A DNA stretch of 64,000 nt from an uncultured Verrucomicrobiae bacterium (GTDB lineage Bacteria > Verrucomicrobiota > Verrucomicrobiia > Chthoniobacterales > Chthoniobacteraceae): positions 1 through 64,000 of the forward strand of contig CAVYKI010000002.1 of assembly GCA_963769025.1 (NCBI GenBank), written 5' to 3'. The notes beneath the pieces were generated by a model. It saw nothing but the letters and a program-made list of their open reading frames with translations, did not search any database and was not told the origin of the DNA. A program made the position numbers and the translations under genes. This document shows positions 1-10,842 of this stretch, in pieces; position 1 is the first letter of the stretch; every line of letters begins with the position of its first letter.

Positions 1-76
1 GGGGCCGATGGGTCCGCTGTGTATTTCATGCACGCGTAGCGTGCAAGGCGCAAACGGCCCGGCCCCGGCAACGATC

Positions 77-1777
77 CTAGACCGCAGCCCGGACGTCGCG
101 GAGCTCGAGCTGTGCGTCCACGCGGCCGTTCCATTCGTTGCGCGAGACGGTGTAGGCGATGTCCCAGGGCAGTGCCGGGAGCGGCTCATCGGCGGAGTTC
201 CACCACACTGCACGCGTCCGCGCGCGGCCTTGGCGGAACATGAACGAGTAGTGCTTTTCCTTCATCAGCCGCGGCTCGCCGGCGAGGGAAATGCCGCGCG
301 TGAAAAAGACCGGCTGGTGATTCGCAGTGCCGAAGGGCCGGAGTGCGTCGTGCTCATCGAGCAGGTTGAGATTCACGTCCGCGAGTTGCAATTCGGCGTC
401 GAGCCTCAGCGTGCGCTGCAAATGTTCCGCGGTGAGCATCGCGCCCGCAGCCTCCGTGAATGCCGCGCGGAACGCCTCGAAATTCTCCTGCCGCATCGTG
501 AGCCCCGCGGCCATCTCGTGACCGCCGAACTTTTCCAGCAAGCCCGCGCAGCGCGTGAGCGCGGCGACGAGTGACAGGCCCTCGATGCTCCGCCCGCTGC
601 CTTTGCCGATTCCCATCGCATCAAAGCCGACAACGAAAGCGGGCCGGTGGTACCGCCGCTGCAGCCGCGACGCGACGATGCCGACCACGCCCGGATGCCA
701 GCCCGCTCCGCCGACGACGATCGCCGATTCGCTGCCGGGATCGTAGAGGCTCGTGATCTGCGCCTCGGCCTTTCCGAGCACCTCGTCCTCGATCGTCCTT
801 CGCTCGCGATTCTGGACGTCGAGCGAACGCGCGATGGACTGCGCGCGGGCCGCGTCGTCGGTGAGCAGCAGCTCGAGCGAGGCTGTCGCGGAATCCAGCC
901 GGCCCGCCGCATTCAGCCGCGGGCCGATGCCGAAGCCGATGTCCACCGCGCGGAAAGGCGGCCGCAGCCCCGCGACTTCCACGAGTGCGCGCACGCCCGG
1001 CCAGCGCGACTGAGCGATGCGCTCCAGCCCGGCGCGGACAAAAATCCGATTCTCATCCAGCAGCGGCACGACATCCGCGACGGTGCCGATGGCCGCGAGG
1101 TCGAGCAGCTCCTTGATGTCGAAGCCCTCGATGGGCCGCCGCTTGAGCATCGCGTGCGCGACCTTGAAGCAAATCCCCACGCTGCAGAGGTAGCCGAACG
1201 CGGAATCCGGGCCGAGCTTCGGATTCACGATGGCCACCGCGGGCGGCAACTCGGCCTTCGGTTCGTGATGGTCGAGCACCACCACATCCACCCCCGCCTC
1301 GCGGAGGCGCGCGATTTCCGCGACGGAAGTCGTGCCGCAATCCACCGCGACCAGCAGCTCGGGCCGGCGTTCCTCGATGCACCGCGCGACGCCATCCGCC
1401 GACAGCCCGTAGCCTTCGTCCACGCGGTGAGGGAGGAACGTCTCCACCTCCGCGCCGTACGCGCGCAGCAGCCGCGTGAGCAGCGCGAGCGAAGTCACGC
1501 CGTCCACATCGTAGTCGCCATACAGGACGATGCGCTCGCGGCTTTCCACCGCCGCCAGCAGGCGCACCACCGCGGCATCCATCGCAGGCAGGAGAAAAGG
1601 ATCGCTCAGCGTGCGCAGCATCGGCTTGAGGAATTTTGCCGCGACCGCTGGTTCCGATAGCCCGCGCCGCACGAGGCATTCCGCGACCCACGGCGCGATG
1701 CCCGCGTCCCGCACGAGCCGCTCCACCACCGCCGCATCCACCGCCTTTGGAAAGACCCACCGCGCCCGCGTGCTCAC
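77..1777 (-). CDS. recJ: Single-stranded-DNA-specific exonuclease RecJ
   Basis: 566 aa; YGDYDVDG, DCG, DHH, GTVADVVPL, PRLNAAGRL, GSGRS and GGHEMAAG motifs of DHH/DHHA1 RecJ. Confidence 0.97.
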   Translation of the reverse strand: MSTRARWVFPKAVDAAVVERLVRDAGIAPWVAECLVRRGLSEPAVAAKFLKPMLRTLSDPFLLPAMDAAVVRLLAAVESRERIVLYGDYDVDGVTSLALLTRLLRAYGAEVETFLPHRVDEGYGLSADGVARCIEERRPELLVAVDCGTTSVAEIARLREAGVDVVVLDHHEPKAELPPAVAIVNPKLGPDSAFGYLCSVGICFKVAHAMLKRRPIEGFDIKELLDLAAIGTVADVVPLLDENRIFVRAGLERIAQSRWPGVRALVEVAGLRPPFRAVDIGFGIGPRLNAAGRLDSATASLELLLTDDAARAQSIARSLDVQNRERRTIEDEVLGKAEAQITSLYDPGSESAIVVGGAGWHPGVVGIVASRLQRRYHRPAFVVGFDAMGIGKGSGRSIEGLSLVAALTRCAGLLEKFGGHEMAAGLTMRQENFEAFRAAFTEAAGAMLTAEHLQRTLRLDAELQLADVNLNLLDEHDALRPFGTANHQPVFFTRGISLAGEPRLMKEKHYSFMFRQGRARTRAVWWNSADEPLPALPWDIAYTVSRNEWNGRVDAQLELRDVRAAV

Positions 1778-1905
1778 GGCAGGGAGGCGGGGTTGGCGTT
1801 TTTCGGCACGGCCGCAGTGTGTGGCGCGCTGCGCTCAGCCGTCAAATGAATCGGTGAGCGCCGGTCTCCGGATGCCATCGGGTTTTCCGCAATGGCGGCC
1901 GGCGA

Positions 1906-2856
1906 CTACTTTTTGGCGAGAAGCTTCCGGATTTCCGCCAGACGCTGCATCGTGTCGGGCACATTGCGGAACTTCTCCTCGCACTGCTTCAGCGCGTGGT
2001 GCGCCTTGTCCAGATCGCCGACCTGGAACGCATAAGTGACCACAAGCCCCGCCTCCACCATTCCCAAACTCCACCCTTTGTAGCGGCCCATGCCCCCGCG
2101 CCTGAAACGCTCGAGGAAGCGGAGGTAATAGTGCTCCATCTCCTCCTTGGTGATGTTGGCGTACATGCACTTTTCCAGGACGTGCCTGGGGATCTCGGAT
2201 TTGAGCCGGTAAACCATCGAACTGTACGGCGTGTAGTCGATGGTCTCAAAGTAGTCGGCCAGGATCTCCATCGTGATGGCGACCCACACGTGGTACTCCT
2301 GCACTTGGTCCTGCTGGATCAAAATCCCGGTTTCCGGGATCAGCGCGCCGATCCAGTTCCGGATGATGTAGTCGTTCAATTCCCACGACTTCGAGACGTC
2401 GGAGAATAGGATTTCGATCGGCCCGGAAGTCCACGGCGTCTCCAGCAGGTTGCCCTCGTGAATGGAAATGTAGTCTGCGACCGGCGCGATGTTCTTCTCA
2501 TACAGCGGTCGCATGTTGTCGCCCGGCTTGAGCTTTTTGCGGAACCATCCCTTCCGATCGCAGTAGTGGTCCACCCCGTAGTCGGTGATGATGAACATGT
2601 CGTACGCATGGATCACGCGCTCCTTGCTGTAGCCCCTGTCGTGCAGTCCGAAACCCAGCGCGAGCGACGATGTCCCGAGAAAAGCGCCGCCGTCGATGAT
2701 GTGCCCGGCCCCGGAAAAGTAATCGCGCGTGAGCGTGTAGAGCATCCGGCGTTCATCCAGATGGATCATTCCTTTCCCATGCTCCACCTGCCACGGGAGG
2801 TCCACGGAGTACCACGGCAGAAGCCTGAGTGATTCGATTTTTTCTGGGATGGTCAT
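1906..2856 (-). CDS. Putative class I SAM-dependent methyltransferase-like protein
   Basis: [12 protein letters not shown] glycine-rich motif, [14 protein letters not shown] and ILIQQD strands; start placed at MTIPEK. Confidence 0.55.
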   Translation of the reverse strand: MTIPEKIESLRLLPWYSVDLPWQVEHGKGMIHLDERRMLYTLTRDYFSGAGHIIDGGAFLGTSSLALGFGLHDRGYSKERVIHAYDMFIITDYGVDHYCDRKGWFRKKLKPGDNMRPLYEKNIAPVADYISIHEGNLLETPWTSGPIEILFSDVSKSWELNDYIIRNWIGALIPETGILIQQDQVQEYHVWVAITMEILADYFETIDYTPYSSMVYRLKSEIPRHVLEKCMYANITKEEMEHYYLRFLERFRRGGMGRYKGWSLGMVEAGLVVTYAFQVGDLDKAHHALKQCEEKFRNVPDTMQRLAEIRKLLAKK

Positions 2857-3153
2857 ATGCGGCACGCTCGGGCGTCACGTGTGGGCGGATACGCGATCCA
2901 GTGTCAAGCGAATGCACCAAAGCGAAGCCGGTCCTGCGCACACGACCCCTGGGTTGCAGTTCGCGCCGCCATCCGTTGCAATTCCTCGGCCCCTCGGGAT
3001 TCTCCGCTTTCTTGAAAGGGCGGTGGATGCGGTTTCCCGTGACAGTCACCGGCTCCGCGGCAGGCGCCTTGCTTTGGAAGGGTTCGAGTTTTCTCGCCCT
3101 TTTCAAACGTTGGTTGCAATTTCGCGCCTCGCCGCCCCACTTTTCCAATCTCC

Positions 3154-4245
3154 ATGTCCAGCCAGTTCGGTCACAGCTTCCGCATCTCCACCTTCGGCGA
3201 ATCCCACGGCGGGGCCGTCGGCGTCATCGTGGATGGCTGCCCGCCGCGGATCGAACTTGCCGAGGCCGACATCCAAGGCGACCTCGACCGGCGGCGTCCG
3301 GGGCAGAGCGAAATCGTCACCCCGCGTGCCGAAGAGGACCAGTGCCGGATTCTCAGCGGGGTTTTCGAAGGCAAGACCACCGGCACGCCGATCGCCGTCG
3401 TCGTGTTCAACAAGGACGCGCGGCCCGAGTCGTACTCGGAAATGGAGACGACCTACCGCCCGTCGCACGCGGACTACACTTACCAGGCGAAGTTCGGCAT
3501 CCGCAACTGGCAGGGCGGGGGACGCGCCTCCGCACGCGAGACCATCGGCCGCGTCGCTGCGGCGGCGATCGCGAAGAAGGTGCTGGCGCAGTTTTCTCCC
3601 GCGCTCGAAATCGTCGCCTACGTGAAATCGGTGCATTCGCTCGTCGCGACCGTGGATCCGGAGACCGTGAAGCTCGCCGACGTGGAGGCGAACATCGTGC
3701 GCTGCCCCGACGCCGCGATGGCTGTGAAGATGATCGATTTCATCAAGCAGGTCCGCAGCGAGGGCGACAGCATCGGCGGCGTGGTGGAATGCGCAATCCG
3801 CGGCGTCCCGCCCGGCTGGGGCGAGCCGGTTTTCGACAAGCTGGAGGCGGCGCTCGCGAGGTGCGATGCTTTCGTCTGCCGGCGACGAAGGGCTTCGAGA
3901 TCGGCAGCGGCTTCGCGGGCACTTTGCAAAAGGGCAGCGAGCACAATGACGCCTTCGAGATGCGCGGCGAGCAGGTGCGCACGCGCACGAACCGCAGCGG
4001 GCGGCATCCAGGGCGGCATCAGCAATGGCGAGACGATTTTCTTCCGCGTCGCGTTCAAGCCTACCGCCACCATTTTCCAGGCACAGGACACCGTGAACGT
4101 GTCCGGCGAGGACACCGTGCTCAAGGCGCGCGGCCGCCACGACCCGTGCGTGCTCCCGCGCGCCGTGCCGATGGTGGAGGCGATGGCCGCGCTCGTCCTG
4201 TGCGATCACGCGTTGCGCCAGCGCGGACAGTGCGGCACTTTCTGA
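3154..4245 (+). CDS. aroC: Chorismate synthase (compensating frameshifts about 3860-4000, likely sequencing error)
   Basis: [37 protein letters not shown]; the segment [12 protein letters not shown] lies in another frame. Confidence 0.97.
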   Translation: MSSQFGHSFRISTFGESHGGAVGVIVDGCPPRIELAEADIQGDLDRRRPGQSEIVTPRAEEDQCRILSGVFEGKTTGTPIAVVVFNKDARPESYSEMETTYRPSHADYTYQAKFGIRNWQGGGRASARETIGRVAAAAIAKKVLAQFSPALEIVAYVKSVHSLVATVDPETVKLADVEANIVRCPDAAMAVKMIDFIKQVRSEGDSIGGVVECAIRGVPPGWGEPVFDKLEAALARCDAFVCRRRRASRSAAASRALCKRAASTMTPSRCAASRCARARTAAGGIQGGISNGETIFFRVAFKPTATIFQAQDTVNVSGEDTVLKARGRHDPCVLPRAVPMVEAMAALVLCDHALRQRGQCGTF

Positions 4246-4251
4246 CGATCG

Positions 4252-5157
4252 ATGGAACTGACCGCAGACCACCTCAAGACGGGCTATTACGGCCTCTCGG
4301 CGCTGTTCATTGCCGTGCTCGGCTGGAGCGGCTGGCGGCAGGGCGTGGTGCGGCAATTGATGACCCTCACGGCGATCGCCTGCGCGTATGCCGCGGCGTG
4401 GTACGGTGCATCCAGCGCCGCGCCCGTTTTCGCCTTTCTCAAATATCCGCCGCAGGTCACGACGCTCATCGGCGGCACGGCGGTGGGTTGCGCCACGTTC
4501 CTCGGCTTGCATGGGTTGCGCCGGTGGCTGTTCAGGCGGACCGCGCAACTGGCGAATCCGAGGGTCCGGCTGAGCTATGGAATCCTCGGTGCGATCCTCG
4601 GCGTCACCTTCGGGTCATTGGTGTTCCTCCTCACGACCGGCCTGGTCCGCGCGGTGGGCACGGTCGCGCAGTCGCGGCTGGAGGACGTGGAGAAGGAAAA
4701 GCTGGAGCCCGACCTGCTCCCGTCGGAGGAGCCCGGCGCGCTTGTGCGGAGTTTCGCGAAGCTCGGCACCGCGCTCGACGAAGGGAAATCCGGAGAGTTT
4801 CTCCACCGGTACGACAAGGTGCCGGCGACGCACGTTTTCGCGACGCTGGCGAAGCTCGGCATCATGATCTCGCGTCCGGAGTGCGTGGACCGGTTCCTCG
4901 ACTATCCCGGCGTCGAGCAGCTCGCCTTCCACCCGAAATTGGTCGCCGTGAGAGACGACCCGTCCGTAGGCGCATTGCTCGCAAGCCGGAGCTTCGTGCA
5001 GCTCCTGCGGCACGAAAAGGTCGTCGCGCTCGCGAACGACGCGGAGTTCAACGCACTCATGAAGAAGATGGAGTTTGAGAAGGCGCTCGACCATGCGCTC
5101 AAGCCCATGAAAATTCATGACGCGCCGCACGAAACGCAGGCCACGCCCGCGCAGTAG
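4252..5157 (+). CDS. CvpA-family membrane protein
   Basis: [14 protein letters not shown]-terminal motif, four TM helices, YGILGAILG; operonic between aroC and gatB. Confidence 0.7.
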   Translation: MELTADHLKTGYYGLSALFIAVLGWSGWRQGVVRQLMTLTAIACAYAAAWYGASSAAPVFAFLKYPPQVTTLIGGTAVGCATFLGLHGLRRWLFRRTAQLANPRVRLSYGILGAILGVTFGSLVFLLTTGLVRAVGTVAQSRLEDVEKEKLEPDLLPSEEPGALVRSFAKLGTALDEGKSGEFLHRYDKVPATHVFATLAKLGIMISRPECVDRFLDYPGVEQLAFHPKLVAVRDDPSVGALLASRSFVQLLRHEKVVALANDAEFNALMKKMEFEKALDHALKPMKIHDAPHETQATPAQ

Positions 5158-5187
5158 CCGCCGTCCAGCACTCCCGATTTTCCAGCC

Positions 5188-6643
5188 ATGCCCGCGTACA
5201 TTCCCACCATCGGACTCGAGGTCCACGTCCAGCTCAACACCCGCAGCAAGATGTTCTGCGGCTGCCCCGTCGGCTACGGCGCGCAGCCAAACTCGCAGGT
5301 CTGCCCCGTGTGCCTCGGCTACCCCGGCGCGCTGCCGGTGATGAATGGCGAGGCGCTGAAAATGACCGCGCTCGCCGGGCTCATGCTCGGCTGCGACATC
5401 GCGCCGATCTGCAAATTCGACCGGAAGAACTATTTCTACCCGGACATGCCGAAGAACTACCAGATCACGCAGTTCGACCAGCCCATCTGCGTCGGCGGCG
5501 GCGTGCCGCTGCACGAGTTCGCGTATCCAAAGGACGCGCAGAAGAGCATCGCGAATCCCGGCAAGGTCGTGCGCCTCACGCGCATCCACCTCGAGGAGGA
5601 TGTGGCGAAGTCCACGCACTTCGACACGAACAGCGGCATCGATTTCAACCGCGCGGGAACGCCGCTCATGGAGATCGTGAGCGAGCCGGACATCGCGACG
5701 CCGGAGGAGGCGTTCGCCTATCTCACGAGCCTCCAGCAGATTCTCATCTACGGCGGCGTGAGCGATGCGGACATGGAAAAGGGCCAACTCCGCTGCGACT
5801 GCAACGTCTCCGTGCGGCCCGAGGGCCAGAAGGAACTCGGCGTGAAGATTGAGATCAAAAACATGAACTCGATCTCCGCCGTGCGCCGCGCGGTCGCGTA
5901 CGAAATCGAGCGGCAGATCGACGCGTGTCGAGCGAGGCGAGACGCTTGTGCAGAGCACGCGCGGCTGGGACGATGCGACGGGACAGACGCGACACCAGCG
6001 CACGAAGGAAAGTTCGCACGACTACCGCTATTTCCCCGATCCCGATCTGCTGCCCGTGGACACGACGGTCTTCATGCCTGAGGTCCGCGCGAAGCGTCCC
6101 GAGTTGCCCGGCGAAAAACGCGACCGCTTCGTCGCGCAGTTCGGCGTGACGCCGTACGACGCCAGCGTTCTCGCGAGCGAAAAAAACCTGGCTGAGTATT
6201 TTGACGCCGCCGCGAAGGGCGCGAAGAAGCCGAAGAACGTCGCGAATTGGATCATCAATGACCTGCTCAGTTCGCTCGCGAACGCGGACCGGACTATCAC
6301 CGACTGCCCGGTCAGCGCGCACGCGCTCGACGAACTTGTGAATCTCATCGACGACGGCAAGATCAATTCGAAGCAGGGCAAGGAGGTCTTTGCCGAGATG
6401 TTTGGCAGCGGAAAGGCGGCCGCTGAAATCGTGAAGGAGCGCGGGCTTGAACAGGTGAGCGACACCGGCGCGATCGAGGCGCTGTGCCAGCAGGTGATGG
6501 ATGCAAACCCGAAGGCTGTCGCCGAGTACAAGGCGGGCAAGACCGGCAGCATCAATTTCCTCAAGGGCCAGGTGATCAAGCTCTCGCAGGGCAAGGCGAA
6601 CCCGCAGGTCGTCAACGACACCCTCGCGAGACTGCTCGCCTGA
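5188..6643 (+). CDS. gatB: Asp/Glu-tRNA amidotransferase subunit B (frameshift about 5935)
   Basis: IGLEVHVQL, FDRKNYFYPDMPK, HLEEDVAK, DYRYFPDPDL and C-terminal Yqey-like domain across two ORFs. Confidence 0.97.
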
Positions 6644-6715
6644 TTTGTCCGGAGGCCGCGCCCGCCGTCCGCGGCTCAGCGTTTTGAAAATGGAGCCCGG
6701 TGGAATCGCGCCGGG

Positions 6716-9089
6716 TTAGCAGCAGCGGTTCGGCGAGCGGAACTGGCGTTCGGTCGAGCTGAGGAAGACATTCGCGCCGCGCCTTGGTCGGATCCTTTGC
6801 GCACTCGCACGCCTGCGCCACGCGCTCGCGCTCGATCGCGGCTTCGCCGCTGACTTCCTTCAGCAGCAGCGCGCCGAGGGCGATCGCGCCCATCGCGGAG
6901 GACGGATTCGCGCCGGCCACTTCGGCCGGGAGCCACACGGGCACCGTCTCGCTGAGGCGCGGTTCCTTTGCCCGTGCGAGGAGCAGCCACCACTCGCGCA
7001 CAGCGCTCACGATGACCATCGCGACCATCAGGAGGAATGTGCCCGCGACGGCTGCGTTCAGGCGGTTGTTGAAGACGAGGCGCGGATGGGCTTTCAGTTC
7101 GCGCTGGGTGAGCTTGAGCTGATCGGCGTCCCCGGCCTGGAGCGCATCGGCCACGGCCTTTTCGAGCGATGGCCGCTGCGCCTCGAGCGCATTCGCACCG
7201 GCGAGGAATCCGATCCGCGGATCGCTGTGGAAGATTTTTTCCAACCCGGCGGTCATCGTCACCGACAGCAGCCACACGAGCGGCACGACGGTGACGAGCG
7301 CGAGAGCCTTGCGTCCGCTCGCGCGGGCGAGTTGCATTTTCAAAATGATCGTGGTGCCAAGGCAGAGCGCGATGGCGGCGAGGAGCTGGTTGGCGATGCC
7401 GAAGAGCGGCCAGAGCGAATTGATGCCGCCGAGCGGATCGCGCACTCCCTGGATGAGGAAGTAGCCCCAGGCTGCGACGATGAGCCCGCTCGCGAAGAGG
7501 TTCGAGGACACGCGTGCCGTGTCGCCGAGGCGGGGCGAAAACTGGCCGAGCAATCCCTGGAAAAGATAGCGGCCCACGCGAGTGCCGGCGTCGAGCGTCG
7601 TGAGGATGAACAGCGCCTCAAACATGATCGCGAAGTGGTACCAGAGATCGAGCCAGCGCCCTTGCGTCACCCTCCCGAAGATGTTCGCCATTCCGACTGC
7701 GAGGGTCGCCGCGCCGCCGGTGCGGCCGTAGAGGTTCGGTTCGCCGACGCTCACGGCGAGCGCCTTCATCCGTTCGTCGGAAACGGTGACGGGGGCTTCC
7801 ACCCAGGCATTTCCAGACTTGGTGAGCGCGGTGAATTTCGCGTCGTCCACCTGCTTGCGGACATGCGCTGCGACGGCCTCCGCGTCCTTGCCCTTGCCCT
7901 TCGTGTTCATGGCGAGGTAGGTCTCCGGCTCCATCGTGCAGGCGGCGATCATCGCCATGATGGCCACGAGCGACTCGAGGCACATCGCGCCGTAGCCGAC
8001 CGGGCGCGCGTGGCTCTCGCGGGTGATGATTTTTGGCGTGATGCCGCTGGCGATGAGCGTGTGGAAGCCGCTGATCGCGCCGCACGCGATGGTGATGAAG
8101 CAGAACGGAAACAGCGAGCCGGCCACGACGAGTCCCTTCCCATTTTCCGCGAAGACGGACACTGCGGGCATGTGCAGCACCGGCAGCACGATGAAGACGC
8201 CGAGCGCGAGCAGCGCGATGGTGCCGAGCTTCATGAAGGTGCTGAGGTAGTCGCGTGGCGCGAGCACCAGCCAGACGGGCAGCACGCTGGCGAGCAGCCC
8301 GTAGATGATCAGCGCCCAGGCAATCGGCTCCGCATGGAACGTGAGCGCCTTGCTCCACGTGGGACTCGCATGGACGAGTTGGCCGCCCCACACTGCGAGC
8401 AGGAGCAGGACGACGCCGATGACGGAGACCTCGAGCACTTTTCCCACGCGCCAGAAACGCAGGAAGCAGCCCATGAAAATCGCGATGGGGAGCGTCGCGC
8501 CGACCGTGAAAATTCCCCACGGGCTTTCCGCAAGGGCGTTCACGACGACGAGACCGAGCACCGCGAGGAGGATGACCATGATGGCCAGGATCGCGAGGCT
8601 GCCTATGAGGCCGGCAAAGCCGTTGAGCTCGTCGCGCACCATCTGGCCGAGCGAGCGGCCGTCGCGCCGGATGGAAGCGGTGAGGATCACGAAATCCTGC
8701 ACCGCACCGCCAAGCACCACGCCGATCAAAATCCACAGCGTCCCGGGCAGGTAGCCGAACTGCGCCGCGAGCACCGGCCCGACGAGCGGCCCCGGCCCGC
8801 TGATGGCTGCGAAATGGTGACCGAAGACGATCCACTTGTTCGTCTTCACGAAGTCGCGCCCGTCCTCATGGATCTCGCACGGCGTCGCGCGGCGGTCGTC
8901 GAGCGCGAGGACCTTTGCCGCGATCCATTTTGAGTAAAAGCGGTACCCGATCGCGTAGGTGCAGAGCGCGGCGGCGAGCAGGTAGCCGGAGTTCAGCGGT
9001 TCGCCGCGCTTAAAGGCGATGCCGGCGTAGGCGAAGGCGCCAAGCAGCGCGACGGAGAACCAGACGAGAACGGAGAGTGCTTTTTTCAC
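6716..9089 (-). CDS. cstA: Carbon starvation protein A (peptide/pyruvate transporter) with fused C-terminal YbdD/YjiX-like tail
   Basis: FGHHFAAISGPGPLVGP, APRDYLSTFMK, IACGAISGFH, LWPLFGIANQLLA; correcting one indel near 6772 gives NVFLSSTERQFRSPNRCC-stop at 6716. Confidence 0.92.
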
Positions 9090-9229
9090 TGGCGGATGGG
9101 TGGTGGGGCCGTGGCTTATGGCCCACAAGCGCGCGCCGGTGCGAGCATGTTCTTGCATCGGATACTAGCCGCTTGCAGCGGGCTCGCGGTTGTTCTTCAA
9201 TGGTGCCTCTCCCTCTCCACGACCCTTCC

Positions 9230-9808
9230 ATGAAACTCCTCCGCCCATTCCTCATCGCCGCCCTGATCACCGCCACCGCCACCGCACAGACCACGCCCGG
9301 CGCGACGCCCACGGCACCCGGTGCGACTGCGGCGAAGCCGAAGCCCTTTTCCTCCGGCGATACGAACGCCTACATCAAGGTCGCCGAATCGCTCCAGTAT
9401 CAGCTGCACCTCTCTTTGACGCTTCGCCATAAGTTCAAGGACAGCCAGCCGGAGATCGTCGCACTCGGGAGCAAAATCCACAGGGAGATGACCACCCTCT
9501 GGACGCCGGGTGTGGACCTCGCCCAGCAGCGCGGCGTCGAAGGCAAGAAGATCCCGCAGTCGTTGTCGAAGGCCGACAAGGCGACGGTGCAAAAAGTCGG
9601 CACGATCAAGGACGAAAAGAAGTGGCTGGTCGCCTACTTTGAGCTGTTCGCGAAGGAATCGAAAAAGTCCGCGATGGATGCCGAAAAAATCGCGAAAGCG
9701 GTTCAGGACGCGGACCTCAAGGCCTACATCGAGAAGGCGGCGGCGCTGCTGACATCCCAGTCCGAGGTCATCGAGGCGAAGTACAAGGAACTGAAGTCCG
9801 CGAAGTAA
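9230..9808 (+). CDS. Secreted DUF4142-like (ferritin-like) protein
   Basis: Signal peptide MKLLRPFLIAALITATATA; LAQQRGV..IPQSLSKAD and VQDADLKAYIEK resemble the DUF4142 helical pattern. Confidence 0.5.
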   Translation: MKLLRPFLIAALITATATAQTTPGATPTAPGATAAKPKPFSSGDTNAYIKVAESLQYQLHLSLTLRHKFKDSQPEIVALGSKIHREMTTLWTPGVDLAQQRGVEGKKIPQSLSKADKATVQKVGTIKDEKKWLVAYFELFAKESKKSAMDAEKIAKAVQDADLKAYIEKAAALLTSQSEVIEAKYKELKSAK

Positions 9809-9887
9809 CCGCGCCGATTGCTGCGGCTAGGCGATGATCCGCCCCGGCGGGCGATTCACTGGCCGTTTCGGTCGGGGTGCGTGTGGG

Positions 9888-10418
9888 CTACTGAAGCTGA
9901 AGACCGCCGACGGCGTCGCGCGACACCGTGCCGCCGTTGGCATCGCCGAGACGTTTCGCCCGCTTGAAAGCCTCAGTCGCCTTCAGGCTGTCGCCGGATT
10001 TCTGGTAAAGAATCGCGAGCTTGCCCCACGCGTCCGTGAAGTCGGGGTCGAGCTTGACGGCCTGTTCGAGCGCCGCGATGGCCTCGCCGGTCTGCCCGGC
10101 TTGCATCGCAAAAGTCCCGCGCGAATAGGCGTCCGCGACGCCTTCGGCGGCGGCGGTCCCATTCGGAATCTGAACGGCACCTGCCGGCAGCGGCGGCAGC
10201 GCTTCGGCTGGGAGCTGGGCGTGGGTCGGGATGGCGACCGGGATGTCTGCCGTTGCGGTCGCTTCGACCGGCATTGCCTGCGCGGCATTGCGTTCGGCGA
10301 GTGCGGCTGCGGCGGATTTGCCGGGGGCGACATGGGTGATCTGCAATCCCGAGCACGCGGCAAAATGAAATGTCGCGAGTGCGGTCGCGAGCAATTGGAA
10401 GGAACGGGCAGTTTTCAT
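9888..10418 (-). CDS. TPR-repeat lipoprotein
   Basis: Lipobox-like FAAC; TPR consensus EAIAALEQAVKLDPDFTDAWGKLAILY. Confidence 0.75.
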   Translation of the reverse strand: MKTARSFQLLATALATFHFAACSGLQITHVAPGKSAAAALAERNAAQAMPVEATATADIPVAIPTHAQLPAEALPPLPAGAVQIPNGTAAAEGVADAYSRGTFAMQAGQTGEAIAALEQAVKLDPDFTDAWGKLAILYQKSGDSLKATEAFKRAKRLGDANGGTVSRDAVGGLQLQ

Positions 10419-10443
10419 GGGCTTTGGTGAGTGCATGCTAATT

Positions 10444-10459
10444 AGCATGCCCCCTGCCA
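10444..10459 (-). promoter_or_regulatory. Putative sigma-54 -24/-12 promoter for the TPR lipoprotein
   Basis: Minus strand TGGCAGGGGGCATGCT (GG-N10-GC) 25 bp before the ATG; overlaps an 18-bp perfect palindrome. Confidence 0.45.
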
Positions 10460-10521
10460 TCAAGCCGTCCTTTTCTGGTGCCTGCTGGACACGCCGGGGC
10501 TCCCCGTCTCTATTCCGGCCC

Positions 10522-10842
10522 ATGGGTCGCAACCGGATCATCAAAATTTGCAGCATCGTCGGCTTTGTCCTGGCGGAGATCTACATGGTCTTCGTCGTGC
10601 TCGCTCCATACAATCCCGGGCCGCCTGCGCGCATGTTCATCCCGGAGTCGATGATTCCAAAAGTCCAAGGCATCGCGCCAGGAACGCCGACGCCTCCGGG
10701 GGTGCTCGCCATGAAACTTGTCGTCTGCGCGTTCTTCTTCGGGCCGTTCGGCGCGTGCATCGGGCTCGGCGCGGGACTCCTCATCGAGGGCGCGCGCCAG
10801 AAGCTCGTCACTTTGCAATCGGCTTTTCGTCCCCGGAAGTAA
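10522..10842 (+). CDS. Small membrane protein, two TM helices
   Basis: Two hydrophobic segments flanking a Pro-rich loop. Confidence 0.6.
   Translation: MGRNRIIKICSIVGFVLAEIYMVFVVLAPYNPGPPARMFIPESMIPKVQGIAPGTPTPPGVLAMKLVVCAFFFGPFGACIGLGAGLLIEGARQKLVTLQSAFRPRK

Noticed and set aside
2950..3130. Recurrent GTTGCA motifs and an imperfect TTGAAAGGGCG inverted repeat in the aroC spacer
   Set aside because: Short and irregularly spaced; explainable as promoter -35 elements or chance
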